DNA of 62,149 bases, the filler included, from Deltaproteobacteria bacterium (GTDB lineage: Bacteria > JAUYMQ01): the NCBI GenBank assembly GCA_030698575.1. It is 11 parts of 11 records of this genome, joined end to end, with 100 filler letters (N's around TTAATTAATTAA, not from the genome) between each part and the next. Parts side by side here need not be neighbours in the genome. Positions count along the whole stretch, not along the records: positions 6,333 to 17,085 come from JAUYMQ010000149.1; positions 17,186 to 21,073 come from JAUYMQ010000153.1; 9 more parts are not named here. The stretch is one strand, 5' to 3'. Position numbers and translations under genes: made by a program. The notes under the pieces are model-generated. The model was given only the letters and a program-made list of their open reading frames with translations, was not told where the DNA came from and did no database searches. This document shows positions 8,839 through 18,176 of the stretch, piece by piece. The number at the start of each line of letters is the position of its first letter. The stretch's first letter is position 1.

Positions 8839-9510
8839 GTGAGTGAAGCGGGGCGGCGATTTCTTACAGCGTTTCGAGGAGATGACTTGGGAGCGGGAGA
8901 AAAGCCCGATCGGCCGGCAGAATTCTCGGAGGCGATGGCCGATCCGGACTTTGTGGCGAGAATTCAAGCGTCGGATGCGAAGGCATTCGAGGACGTGGTT
9001 CGAGCCTATCTGGAGCAGGTTTTTCGAACCGCCCGCGGGGCGGGACTTGATCCGCAACGTTCCGAGGACGTGGTCCAGTCGACATTCGTAACATTCATGG
9101 AATCCGCCCACGGATTTGAAGGAAGATCTCACGTCCGTACCTGGCTCTTCGGAATTCTCTACAAGAAGATTGCCGAGGCGCACCGGCAGTCCCGGCGGGA
9201 ACAGGGGACGGAGTCGATTGACGAGCAGATGGAACAGCGCTTCCGGCCCGATGGAAGCTGGGCGCGCCCGCCGGCGCCCATGGATCTGCAGATTCAGCGG
9301 AGGGAAGTCCTGGAGGGAATTCAGGAATGTCTCGATGGCGTCCCTACCCGACAACGTATGGCCTTCGTTTTGCGGGAGGTCGATGGGCTCTCGACGAAGG
9401 AAATCTGTAAGATTCTGGACGTCTCGGTCACTAACCTAGGGGTGATGTTCTACCGTTGCCGCAACCTCCTCCGGGAGTGTCTCGAGAAAAAGGGCATCAA
9501 GGGTCGATGA
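8839..9510 (+). CDS. ECF sigma-70 factor
   Basis: SEDVVQSTF...FEGRSHVRTWLFGIL; AFVLREVDGLSTKEICKIL region 4. Confidence 0.9.
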   Translation: MSEAGRRFLTAFRGDDLGAGEKPDRPAEFSEAMADPDFVARIQASDAKAFEDVVRAYLEQVFRTARGAGLDPQRSEDVVQSTFVTFMESAHGFEGRSHVRTWLFGILYKKIAEAHRQSRREQGTESIDEQMEQRFRPDGSWARPPAPMDLQIQRREVLEGIQECLDGVPTRQRMAFVLREVDGLSTKEICKILDVSVTNLGVMFYRCRNLLRECLEKKGIKGR

Positions 9511-9818
9511 TCATGCTGAATTGCAAGGAAGTTACCCGTATCGTTGCGAGCGGGGAGCTGGCTGAAGCGAGCCGGGGGCGTCGCATCGCCGTCAGGTTCC
9601 ATCACCTTATGTGCCGCCACTGCCGGCGCTATGCCCGGCAGCTACGAGCCCTCGGGGACGCCGCAAGAAGGCTCTGGGGACCCGGCCGGGACACGGATCC
9701 TGAAACACTCCGGCGGCTCGAAACTGCCATCTTGAACCGGCGCCCGGCTCTGGGCGCAACCTCTCCCGCGGGCCGCACGAACGGGACGAAATCTTCGGAC
9801 GACCCGCACGGGGCGTGA
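9507..9818 (+). CDS. zinc-finger (zf-HC2/ZAS) anti-sigma factor
   Basis: MLNCKEV...HHLMCRHC (HxxxCxxC); start overlaps the sigma stop codon. Confidence 0.85.
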   Translation: MIMLNCKEVTRIVASGELAEASRGRRIAVRFHHLMCRHCRRYARQLRALGDAARRLWGPGRDTDPETLRRLETAILNRRPALGATSPAGRTNGTKSSDDPHGA

Positions 9819-9917
9819 TCCTTCCCGGCGCTCGTCCCGTTTCTGCGCGGGGTGTGAGCGAACTGGTCGGAGAGGCTTCCTGCAGGCTTTCCGCAAGCTG
9901 ATCCAGGAGGTAACCTT

Positions 9918-11708
9918 ATGTCCACCACACCCGCACGAGGCGCCGCCTTTCTGATCGAGCCGGTCGGCAGCCGGGATGTGTTCATCTGCGCCGACTTCAA
10001 CGAGACCGATCGGATGTATGCGAAGACCGCCGAGGATTTCGTCGACAAGGAAGTCCTCTCCCGCCTCCCCGAAATCGAAGCCGGCCAGGAAGGTCTCATG
10101 CCGCAGCTGCTCAAGCGCGCCGGCGAACTGGGTCTCTTGATGCTGGATATTCCGGAAGAGGACGGCGGCCTGGGACTCAGCAAGGCCACGTCGATGCTGG
10201 TGAGCGAACGGGCGGCAAAATGCGCCTCGTTCAGTGTTTCGTGGGGCGCCCATACGGGCATCGGCACCTTGCCCCTGGTGTACTACGGCACACCCGCCCA
10301 GAAGGAGCGGTACCTCGCCAAGCTCGCCTCGGGCGAATTGCTCGCGGCGTACGCGCTCACCGAGCCGGGGGCCGGAAGCGACGCGCTGGCCGCCAAGACG
10401 AGGGCGGTGCTGGCGCCCGACGGCGCTAACTACGTCCTGAACGGCGTGAAGCAGTTCATCACGAACGCGGGGTTCGCCGATCTCTTCACGGTGTTCGCCA
10501 AGATCGACGGCGAGAAGTTCACGGCCTTTCTCGTCGAGCGGGGCACGAAGGGGCTTTCGACGGGCGCCGAAGAGCAGAAGCTCGGTATCCGGGGCTCTTC
10601 GACACGGCAGGTCATCCTGGAGAACGTCGAAGTTCCCATCGGAAACGTGCTTGGTGAGATCGGGCAGGGCCACAAGATAGCGTTCAATATTCTGAACATC
10701 GGCCGCTTCAAGCTCGGCTGCGGTGCGCTGGGCGTGGCCAAGGAATGCTTGAACGCCGCGTCCCGCTACGCGAGCGAGCGCCAGCAATTCGGTCAGCCTA
10801 TCGCGAGCTACGGGATGATCCAGCGGAAGATCGCCGACATGGCGACGCGCATCTACGTTGCGGACAGCATGGGCTACCGGACGGCCGGGCTGATGGACGA
10901 GGCCATCGCTCAGCTCGACCCGAAGGGTGCCGACCACGCGCGCCGCGTCATCGAGCAGGCGATCGAGGAGTTCACGATCGAGGATTCCATAGTGAAAGTG
11001 TTCGGCACAGAGGCGCTTGACATGGTGGCCGACGAGGCGCTCCAGATTTTCGGGGGGTATGGGTTCACCGCCGACTACCCGGTGGAGCGGCATTATCGTG
11101 ATGCACGCATCAACCGCATCTTCGAGGGCACCAACGAGATCAACCGCCTGATCATTCCGGCGACCCTCATCAAGCGGGTCATGAAAGGGGGACTGCCTAT
11201 CCTGGATTTCATCAAGCAGGTCGAGGCGGAGCTCCAGGATGAGACCAAACGCCCCCGGCCCGGGAACGGGCCCCTGGCGCTGGAAGTCCACGCGACCGAA
11301 ATGTCGAAGCGCCTGGTGGCTTACGTCATCAAGGTGCTGATCGAGCGCGACCTCGCGTCGCTCAAGACCAAGCAGCAGCACCTCGAGGTCCTGAGCAACA
11401 TGATCATCGACGTCTACGCGATGGACAGCACAATGGCCCGCACATTGAAGCTCATCCGCCTGAAGGACGAAGCGGACACGCAAAACCAGATCGACATAAC
11501 CCGGATCTTCGTTGCATCCGCCCACGAACGCGTCGCCGACGGTGCGCGCAGGCTCGTAGCGAACGAAATCGAGGGAGAGGAACTTCGGCGATGCTTCGAG
11601 GAGATCTCATCGCTGGAGGCGTTTCTGCCCATCAGGACGTTCCATCTCAAATCGCGCCTCGCCGAGCAAGTGGTTGCCGCGGGGGGATCATCATTTTCCG
11701 TATGCTAG
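9918..11708 (+). CDS. acyl-CoA dehydrogenase (long form, 596 aa)
   Basis: YALTEPGAGSD, LNGVKQFITN, QIFGGYGF, RIFEGTNEINR; AGGAGG RBS. Confidence 0.95.
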   Translation: MSTTPARGAAFLIEPVGSRDVFICADFNETDRMYAKTAEDFVDKEVLSRLPEIEAGQEGLMPQLLKRAGELGLLMLDIPEEDGGLGLSKATSMLVSERAAKCASFSVSWGAHTGIGTLPLVYYGTPAQKERYLAKLASGELLAAYALTEPGAGSDALAAKTRAVLAPDGANYVLNGVKQFITNAGFADLFTVFAKIDGEKFTAFLVERGTKGLSTGAEEQKLGIRGSSTRQVILENVEVPIGNVLGEIGQGHKIAFNILNIGRFKLGCGALGVAKECLNAASRYASERQQFGQPIASYGMIQRKIADMATRIYVADSMGYRTAGLMDEAIAQLDPKGADHARRVIEQAIEEFTIEDSIVKVFGTEALDMVADEALQIFGGYGFTADYPVERHYRDARINRIFEGTNEINRLIIPATLIKRVMKGGLPILDFIKQVEAELQDETKRPRPGNGPLALEVHATEMSKRLVAYVIKVLIERDLASLKTKQQHLEVLSNMIIDVYAMDSTMARTLKLIRLKDEADTQNQIDITRIFVASAHERVADGARRLVANEIEGEELRRCFEEISSLEAFLPIRTFHLKSRLAEQVVAAGGSSFSVC

Positions 11709-12115
11709 TTCCTTTACCCGGGCCAGGCGGACGGGCTCTCGCATACCGGGAGCAGGGATGGCCCGGCTCCGGTGCGGTCCATCCCGAAAAACCTCGCTGA
11801 TGAGACCACCAGCTAACGGCGGCCATCGGGAAATCTACCCGTGATCGACGCGGAGATAGTCGCCCATCTCATCACGCCCCTTCTACGACACCCGGTCCAG
11901 CACCAGCTACGCGTCGGTAGGCTTCACCTGGTGGAAGAGCTGCTGACGCTCAAGGCTGAGTAATCAGCTACCGATCTTCTCGATCAGGTTTTTCTTTCCT
12001 GAAATTATCGATCGTCTCGCCCGCGGATTCGTGCACGGCGCTGCCGAATAATCCCAAGGGATCACGGCCTGGCACGGCTTTTTGGGAACGATCTCGGGCG
12101 CCCGTAAATTTACCC

Positions 12116-12147
12116 TTGACCTTATACCTTAGTAGAGGGTGTACATT
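12116..12147 (+). promoter_or_regulatory. MerR-type promoter/operator with over-long spacer
   Basis: TTGACC, 19-20 bp spacer, then (G)TACATT. The imperfect dyad ACCTTATAC-CTTA-GTAGAGGGT overlaps the -35 and spacer. Confidence 0.8.
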
Positions 12148-12171
12148 CCTCCCGGAAGGAGAACCAAACGA

Positions 12172-12582
12172 ATGGACGGACTGAAGATCGGTGAGGTGGC
12201 CAGGCAGGCGGAGGTCAACCTCCAGACGCTCCACTACTACGAGCGGCGTGGCCTGATTCCAAAACCTCCCCGAACGGATTCGAACTACCGCTCGTACCCG
12301 GCTGAAGCCGTGCGACGGGTTCGCTTCATCAAGCGCGCCCAGGAGCTGGGCTTCACGCTGAAGGAAATCAAGGACCTCCTCTCGCTGCGAGCGGCCCCCA
12401 GGACTCGCTGCGCCGACGTTCGCAGGCGGGCAAAGATCAAGGTCCAGGACATCGAGGGGAAGGTCCGCACCCTGCGGGCCATGCGAAAGGCGTTGAACAA
12501 GCTCATCGGCGAGTGTTCCGGAAAGGGGCCAGTCACGGAATGCCCGATTCTCGATGCCCTGGACCCGGAGGACAAAAGGTAA
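12172..12582 (+). CDS. merR: MerR-family heavy-metal responsive regulator
   Basis: LKIGEVA...TLHYYERRGLI HTH, RFIKRAQELGFTL, three Cys (RCADV, ECSG, ECPIL) matching the MerR Hg-binding triad. Confidence 0.9.
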   Translation: MDGLKIGEVARQAEVNLQTLHYYERRGLIPKPPRTDSNYRSYPAEAVRRVRFIKRAQELGFTLKEIKDLLSLRAAPRTRCADVRRRAKIKVQDIEGKVRTLRAMRKALNKLIGECSGKGPVTECPILDALDPEDKR

Positions 12583-13349
12583 TGCCGCGCGTCGAACTGA
12601 TCTACGATCCGGACTGTCCGAACAGGCGTGAAGCCAGGAAGGCCCTGCTCGAGGCGTTCGAGGAAGCCGGCGTCCGGCCATCCTGGACCGAGTGGGACCG
12701 CCAATCGGCCGAGAGCCCGCCCCACGTGCGGCGGTACGGATCACCCACGATCCTGGTGGATGGCCGGGACATCGCGGGGGGGGAGCCGATGGACGGTTCC
12801 GAATCCTGTCGAATCTACGACCACGGCTCCGGCGCGCTGCGGGGCGTGCCTCCGGTGTCACGCATCGCCGCAGCGCTGTCAAACAGCCGCCCTCCCGCGT
12901 CGGCGCGACGCGCAGAGGGCGGCCCTCACCGCTGGCGTATTGCGGCGTCGTTGCCGGGCGTCGGGGCTGCGCTCCTGCCGATCGGCGCATGCCCCGCGTG
13001 CTGGCCCGTCTACGGAGGCGTACTCGGATCGCTCGGCTTGGGGTTCCTCCTCCAATCGAGCTATTTGCTCCCCGTCAGCGTTGCGCTGCTTGGCTTCGCG
13101 CTCTTCGCCCTTGCCTTCCGCGCCGGGAGTCGCCGGGGCTACGGCCCGTTCGCTCTGGGGATCGCATCGATCACCCTCATCCTGGTGTTCAAGTTCGGCT
13201 ACGTGCTCGATGCTCCCGTCTACGCCGGGCTCGCTGGGCTCGTCGCGGCGTCCGCGTGGAACGGCTGGCCGACGGGAAAGAAGGAGGCGCGCTCGTGTTC
13301 GAAATGCGCCCCCGTCGAACGTGCTATTGCCATCGAGAACTCGCCATAA
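12582..13349 (+). CDS. thioredoxin-fold domain fused to MerC/MerT-like membrane transporter
   Basis: N-terminal YDPDCPN...GSPTILVDGRD...SCRIY domain, then CPACWP and about four TM helices, then C-terminal CSKC. Confidence 0.75.
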   Translation: MPRVELIYDPDCPNRREARKALLEAFEEAGVRPSWTEWDRQSAESPPHVRRYGSPTILVDGRDIAGGEPMDGSESCRIYDHGSGALRGVPPVSRIAAALSNSRPPASARRAEGGPHRWRIAASLPGVGAALLPIGACPACWPVYGGVLGSLGLGFLLQSSYLLPVSVALLGFALFALAFRAGSRRGYGPFALGIASITLILVFKFGYVLDAPVYAGLAGLVAASAWNGWPTGKKEARSCSKCAPVERAIAIENSP

Positions 13350-13365
13350 AGAAGGAGATGTCGAA

Positions 13366-13635
13366 ATGACAACCACGCGGAAAATCGAGGTGTTCAGCGC
13401 CGGATGTCCGGCCTGCGAGGAGACGATTCAACTCGTCGACCGACTTGCCTGCCCGTCGTGCGAGGTAACCATCCTCGACATGAACGAACCGCCCATCGGC
13501 GAACGCGCGAGGCGGCTGGGCATCCGCTCCGTTCCCGCCGTCGTCATCAACGGAATGCCGGCTGGCTGCTGCGCCGGCCGTGGTCCTGACGAGACCACGC
13601 TCCGGGCCGCCGGGCTCGGGCGGCCGGTCGCATAG
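13366..13635 (+). CDS. small thioredoxin/glutaredoxin-like metal-binding protein
   Basis: AAGGAG RBS; IEVFSAGCPAC, CPSC, SVPAVVING and CC motifs. Confidence 0.8.
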   Translation: MTTTRKIEVFSAGCPACEETIQLVDRLACPSCEVTILDMNEPPIGERARRLGIRSVPAVVINGMPAGCCAGRGPDETTLRAAGLGRPVA

Positions 13636-13772
13636 CCATGGACGGATGCGCCCGCGGCGACGGCTGACTCTCCCATGCGGTGGTATTGCATCCCGAACGG
13701 CCGGATTACATCCTCGATCCGGCGGGCGAGATTCCTGGAATCCTTTTGCGCCTCAGGTCATCCCAAGAGACG

Positions 13773-14747
13773 ATGCGCTTACGCTTGACTCCTCGCCGGT
13801 CGACCGCTCTCTCCGCGTCCGCCCTATGCCTAGCGCTCCTGTGGATCGCGGCCGAGGCCCCCGGAGTGCGGGCCGGCCCGAATGGCTTCGATCTCACCCG
13901 ACATGCCGTACCGCCCTCGCAAATCCTGTCGGGAGGTCCCCCCCGCGATGGCATTCCGGCGCTCCTTCATGCCCGATTCGTTCCCGCGTCCCAGTCCCAG
14001 CTCCAGCCCGACGACCGCGTGCTGGGAATTGCCATCGGCGGGCGGGCCAAGGCCTATCCCCTTCGCATTCTCAACTGGCACGAGGTCGTGAACGACGAGA
14101 TCGGGGGCTTGCCGGTCGTCATCACCTACTGCCCTCTGTGCGCTTCCGGCGTCGCCTTCGACCGCAGGGTGGACGGCCAGACGCTCGTTTTCGGGGTGTC
14201 CGGCCTGCTGTACAACTCGAACGTCCTGCTGTACGACCGGCAGAGCGAGAGCTTGTGGACACAGATCGGGATGCGGGCCGTGGCGGGGCCTCGCACCGGA
14301 GCACGCCTTCGATCGCTGCCGCTCTACCACGGAACATGGTCGGCCTGGCGCGCCCGCCACCCCGGGACCCTCGTTCAATCCTTCGATACAGGCTTCATAC
14401 GCAGCTACGACCGCGATCCCTACGTCGACTATCCGGCCACCCAGCGCCTCATGTTTCCGGTGGAGCCGCGATCCAACCGCCTTCCGGCCAAGACCCTCAT
14501 CCTGGGAGTAGAACAAGCCGGTGAGGCCCGGGCCTATCCGCTCGGCGATCTCCGAGGGACGGCCGGTCCGGTCCGGGACCGGCTCGGGGGCCGCGAGGTT
14601 CGGATTGTCTACGATCTTGAGGCCGGAACGGCCACGGTCCTCGACGAGAAGGGCCGCGAGATTCAAAGTCTCGTGACATACTGGTTCGCCTGGTACGCGT
14701 TCCATCCCGACACAGGCTTGTGGCAGGGCACCGCATCCAGCCGATGA
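13773..14747 (+). CDS. DUF3179-family exported protein
   Basis: Signal peptide; GGPPRDGIPA, WHEVVND, TYCPLC, SGLLYNSN and YWFAW motifs. Confidence 0.85.
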   Translation: MRLRLTPRRSTALSASALCLALLWIAAEAPGVRAGPNGFDLTRHAVPPSQILSGGPPRDGIPALLHARFVPASQSQLQPDDRVLGIAIGGRAKAYPLRILNWHEVVNDEIGGLPVVITYCPLCASGVAFDRRVDGQTLVFGVSGLLYNSNVLLYDRQSESLWTQIGMRAVAGPRTGARLRSLPLYHGTWSAWRARHPGTLVQSFDTGFIRSYDRDPYVDYPATQRLMFPVEPRSNRLPAKTLILGVEQAGEARAYPLGDLRGTAGPVRDRLGGREVRIVYDLEAGTATVLDEKGREIQSLVTYWFAWYAFHPDTGLWQGTASSR

Positions 14748-14806
14748 CGGATTCCGGCGGGTCGCCGCTTCGGCGGGCAGGCCGGCCAAAGGCGAAGGAG
14801 CCGGAC

Positions 14807-15232
14807 ATGAACGCTTCACAATCACGCTCGATCGAGCCGGCGCTCTTCATCCTCCGGGCCGGGCTCGGCATCTTCCTGCTGCTCTGGGGCATCGACAAAA
14901 TCGTCGAGCCCGGAGCCACTGTAAAGATCTTTGATCATTTCTACTTCCTGCCAATCGGTCCCGGCGCGGCACGGGTCATCGGCGCCGTCGAGGTTGTTTT
15001 CGCGCTCGCCTTCCTCGCCGGCTACCGAAAGACTCTGACCTACGGCGCCGCCTTCGCGATGCACGCCATCTCGACGGTTTCAACGTACAAGCAATTGCTA
15101 TCGCCCTTCGGCCACAACCACCTGTTCGTCGCCGCCTTGCCGGTCCTCGCGGGCTTCGCCGCGCTATGGATCGCCCGGGACCAGGACCGCCGGTTCATCC
15201 TGGGGGGCGCCAGAACCGGGGTACGGGGATAG
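14807..15232 (+). CDS. DoxX-family membrane protein
   Basis: LRAGLGIFLLLWGIDK, four hydrophobic segments; AAGGAG RBS. Confidence 0.75.
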   Translation: MNASQSRSIEPALFILRAGLGIFLLLWGIDKIVEPGATVKIFDHFYFLPIGPGAARVIGAVEVVFALAFLAGYRKTLTYGAAFAMHAISTVSTYKQLLSPFGHNHLFVAALPVLAGFAALWIARDQDRRFILGGARTGVRG

Positions 15233-15503
15233 GATTGGAACAGGAGGCCAGGCGAGCTGTCGCGCGGGCGGTGAGACGAAGCTCGAACGGCCCTTCGCGC
15301 CGGAGAGGCGTCGGGGTGACCGCCATTCGGAGAGAATTCGCCGAAACGTCGCTTTTCGTACGGGAAACGGACATTCGTGGGATAGTTATTCTGGGAAGCC
15401 GAACCCCAGCGGTTGGCTTCGCTCCCCAAATACGAAGGGTCGGAACAGAGAGTCGGCGACAAACCCTGGCATGCCATAAGCCCCCGAAAACCGGCCAGAT
15501 AAG

Positions 15504-15539
15504 CAGAGACCCCGGCAGCGCGTGCTGCCGGGGTCTCTG
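15504..15539. terminator. perfect 16-bp inverted repeat (probable terminator hairpin)
   Basis: CAGAGACCCCGGCAGC-GCGT-GCTGCCGGGGTCTCTG, between convergent transcription units. Confidence 0.6.
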
Positions 15540-16026
15540 TTAACAACCGACGGCCGATTTCAGCCGTCTATGATTTGGCTCCCCTGAACCTATTCTCTCG
15601 ATTTGTCTCTGCTCGCTCGCTCTGAAAATAGCCCGATTTGCACCGGAATCGCCGATTCAGCGTTTCGGCGTAAACATCGCGTGCCCGAGAGCCTGCCGAG
15701 CGGGCCGTCGCAGATGCAACTCGCCGAGATGAAAGAGAGAATCAGAGCAGAGCGCTGCTCCAAGCTGGGCTATCCCCTGGGCCAATCCTTGGTGCGATTC
15801 GGTACAATTTCCGGGCGAATCGTTATACCGCGAACCGCGGGGCTTATACCTCTCGTTGCCCCGTCCAATGCGCGACCGAAGACAAGTCCCAGGAGTCCTC
15901 AACGTGACCTGTTAGGCCGTGGGCAGGTGCGGTCCGGGTTCATGGGTGACAGATCGGTCCAGGTACATGGGTGACACTTCCACGATACTGCGGGCACCCC
16001 AGGAGGTGCCCCGTGCCGGGGGAAGG

Positions 16027-17085
16027 CTAATAAGACGGCGGACGAGGCCGCGCTACTAGCGGAGGTGCCCATGGATCGGCGCGGGAAGCAAAACGCGCTC
16101 TGAGGTACTCGCTCCGGAGTTGCTGGCGCTCTCGGTATGCCTTGGAATATCGCTCTGACTGGCAGAGACAGTTTCTTGAAGCAAGAATGTTGCAGACGGT
16201 TCCCTGATCCGGCAGCCGGAGGGCGTCGAACTGAAAAACGTTGTGCCCACCCTTTGGCAAGCTCCAGCCATACACGCGCCGTTTGATCAGATCCGCAACC
16301 ATGAAAACCGCCGGCATGAGGGACACGAAACTGATCGTAGCGGCCGGCAAGGCCTTGTCTGGCTGCATTGTCGAGCACATGCGCTCGACGGCCTGATCGA
16401 ACCTCAGGCCGGCGTAAGATCCTACATCGTCGGTGATCGAACGATCCTTTCTTCTTCCCGCCACAACTTCGATGAGATCTGGGTCAATGATTCTTCCACT
16501 TCTTGCGAGGTGACGAATCACCTCAACGGGCAGGCCCAGGTAATTGGCGAGTTCAACCTCAGGGTTAAACCCGAGGCCCCGGGGCTCGGGGTACAAGTCG
16601 TTGAGGCATGCGTTCTCCAGCCTATCGAATTCGTGCAATGAGAGCATCCAACGTGACAGATCAGTGCCACCATTGACCATTACACTGGTCAGCTCCGTTT
16701 GTAGGGTGCGACGGAGGGGTCCGCTATCAAGGCAACACCAGACGTATCCAAGCCGTTCCCGCGCCGCTTCCACAAACCGTTCGAAAGGCATTATGTAAGC
16801 GAAGGCGTCGACAGATGGATGAAGATCTTTAATGAAACGTTGGGCAGCCAGGACCTTGGGTAGGTTCCTGTTCGCCTTGGGATGGGCACTGATAAACAAT
16901 CGCTCCTCGTTGCTGGGAGAGATGTGATCCATATCGACCAGGTCAAGCGATATCTCGAGCTTCGGCAGGCACCCCAAGACGTAGGTGCAGGCGCTTCCGA
17001 TCGCACCCAATCCGAAGGCGCAGGCGTGGCCGAGTTCGCAGCTCTCTGGGAAAGATGGGTTGGCAGGCCCCTTTTCGTTGATACT
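16027..17085 (-). CDS. E1/ThiF-family ubiquitin-activating-like enzyme (5' truncated)
   Basis: Frame open to the contig edge. AFGLGAIGS nucleotide loop, LVDMDHISPSNEER, KV.A, CLDS, ACLNDLY, a helical insert with a lone Cys, SFVS and C-terminal CLC. Confidence 0.75.
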   Translation of the reverse strand, partial: SINEKGPANPSFPESCELGHACAFGLGAIGSACTYVLGCLPKLEISLDLVDMDHISPSNEERLFISAHPKANRNLPKVLAAQRFIKDLHPSVDAFAYIMPFERFVEAARERLGYVWCCLDSGPLRRTLQTELTSVMVNGGTDLSRWMLSLHEFDRLENACLNDLYPEPRGLGFNPEVELANYLGLPVEVIRHLARSGRIIDPDLIEVVAGRRKDRSITDDVGSYAGLRFDQAVERMCSTMQPDKALPAATISFVSLMPAVFMVADLIKRRVYGWSLPKGGHNVFQFDALRLPDQGTVCNILASRNCLCQSERYSKAYRERQQLRSEYLRARFASRADPWAPPLVARPRPPSY

Positions 17086-17185
17086 NNNNNNNNNNNNNNN
17101 NNNNNNNNNNNNNNNNNNNNNNNNNNNNNTTAATTAATTAANNNNNNNNNNNNNNNNNNNNNNNNNNNNNNNNNNNNNNNNNNNN

Positions 17186-17234
17186 TGTCGCGACGACGAC
17201 TTGAAGCATCCGGATGAGGGCTTTGGTTAGCACT
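17186..17234 (-). CDS. start of second integron cassette gene (truncated)
   Basis: GTG-initiated open frame (VLTKALIRMLQVVVAT) just downstream of the attC, running to the contig end. Confidence 0.4.
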
Positions 17235-17252
17235 GAATCTCGGTGTGGCGCC

Positions 17253-17314
17253 ACCTAACGGATTGGCAATAAGCTGCACGGCGAAGCCGTGCCAGCTTAA
17301 TTGCCTTGTTGGGC
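17253..17314 (-). mobile_element. integron attC site
   Basis: Minus strand GCCCAAC...AAGCTGGCACGGCTTCGCCGTGCAGCTT...GTTAGGT: RYYYAAC/GTTRRRY ends with an internal imperfect palindrome, 62 bp. Confidence 0.88.
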
Positions 17315-17969
17315 GGCAGTTTCCTGAGCCCCTGGGTTGAAAGGGATGGAAAGCCGCTTGAGTTCGCTTTCGTTAAAGAATCCAGACAACCGAAGGAGTT
17401 GAATGCATGCTTCTCGGTAAGGGCCGTCGGCATCGCTCCATCGATCAACCGCATGCCAGCGGTCTTGGTTAGCGAGTTCTAGGATCCACATTTCTCCATC
17501 GGTTCCCGCCCAGCATGTACTCTCCTTTCGGCACCGATCCCAACCGATCCACTGGTCAGAAGGGAGCGACCAAACATCTGCGGCGCGCAATAGACCGGCG
17601 ATTCGTTGCCATTGTTCCGGAGATGCCGGACGAACCGTTCTGTCGGCTATAGTGCCCGGATCGTACCCCGCTTTGCCTGAGAGCCGCTTTGCCTCCGTAG
17701 TAAACTCACCTTCGCGGCGGATGAGGGTGACCACGATTGGAGGCGAGAAAGTGGGGAGGTACAGCAATCGGACAATCTCCACTTCGGCGCTACCAGTGGG
17801 TCCCAGCCGCGGCTCAGCAGCCGCGTCCAAGTTCTTCCGGTACCATGAATCTTCATAGAGATCGAGAAATCTTGCGGGCTCAGGCCGCTCCAAGGACTTC
17901 GATTGCAACTGGCCACAGGCCACGAGTGCTATTAAGAGAAAAGAATATCCGCGAGGTCGCATCAGCATC
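17297..17969 (-). CDS. integron cassette gene, putative lipoprotein of unknown function
   Basis: Signal peptide with LVAC lipobox. Cassette starts TTGGGCGGC and ends in the complementary GCCGCCCAAC; the ORF stops inside the attC. Confidence 0.7.
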
Positions 17970-17980
17970 TTTTGCCTGCC

Positions 17981-17998
17981 GCCCAACTAGAAATGGAC
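17981..17998 (-). mobile_element. putative attI site
   Basis: GTCCATT-TCTA-GTTGGGC simple site between the intI 3' end and the first cassette; no attC hairpin upstream. Confidence 0.6.
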
Positions 17999-18035
17999 AG
18001 AACTCTGTAGTACGCCCACCCCTGTGGACGGGGTC

Positions 18036-18044
18036 AGTTTAGCA
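18036..18044 (-). promoter_or_regulatory. candidate cassette promoter (extended -10)
   Basis: TGcTAAACT about 50 bp upstream of the attI core; weak -35. Confidence 0.35.
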
Positions 18045-18176
18045 CGGGGGAACGGCCCAGCTGAATCAATTTTCTGTCGTCTACGCGCGCCTTTAGCGTC
18101 CGCTGAGCACGATCTATGGATAACGCGATAGACCGCAAGAAGCGTCTGTGTAGCAGAGGGGCCGACCTCGGGCATC

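Noticed and set aside
9642-11525. 627-aa antisense ORF; similar long shadow ORFs at 42548-44632, 51542-53944, 58457-60199 and 25577-27088
   Set aside because: Each lies opposite a gene with clear motifs. Long antisense frames are expected in GC-rich DNA, and these show no motifs.
15040-15974. ORFs 15040-15546, 15166-15543 and 15603-15974
   Set aside because: No motifs or RBS, mutually overlapping, and some span the hairpin; probably non-coding or decayed sequence.
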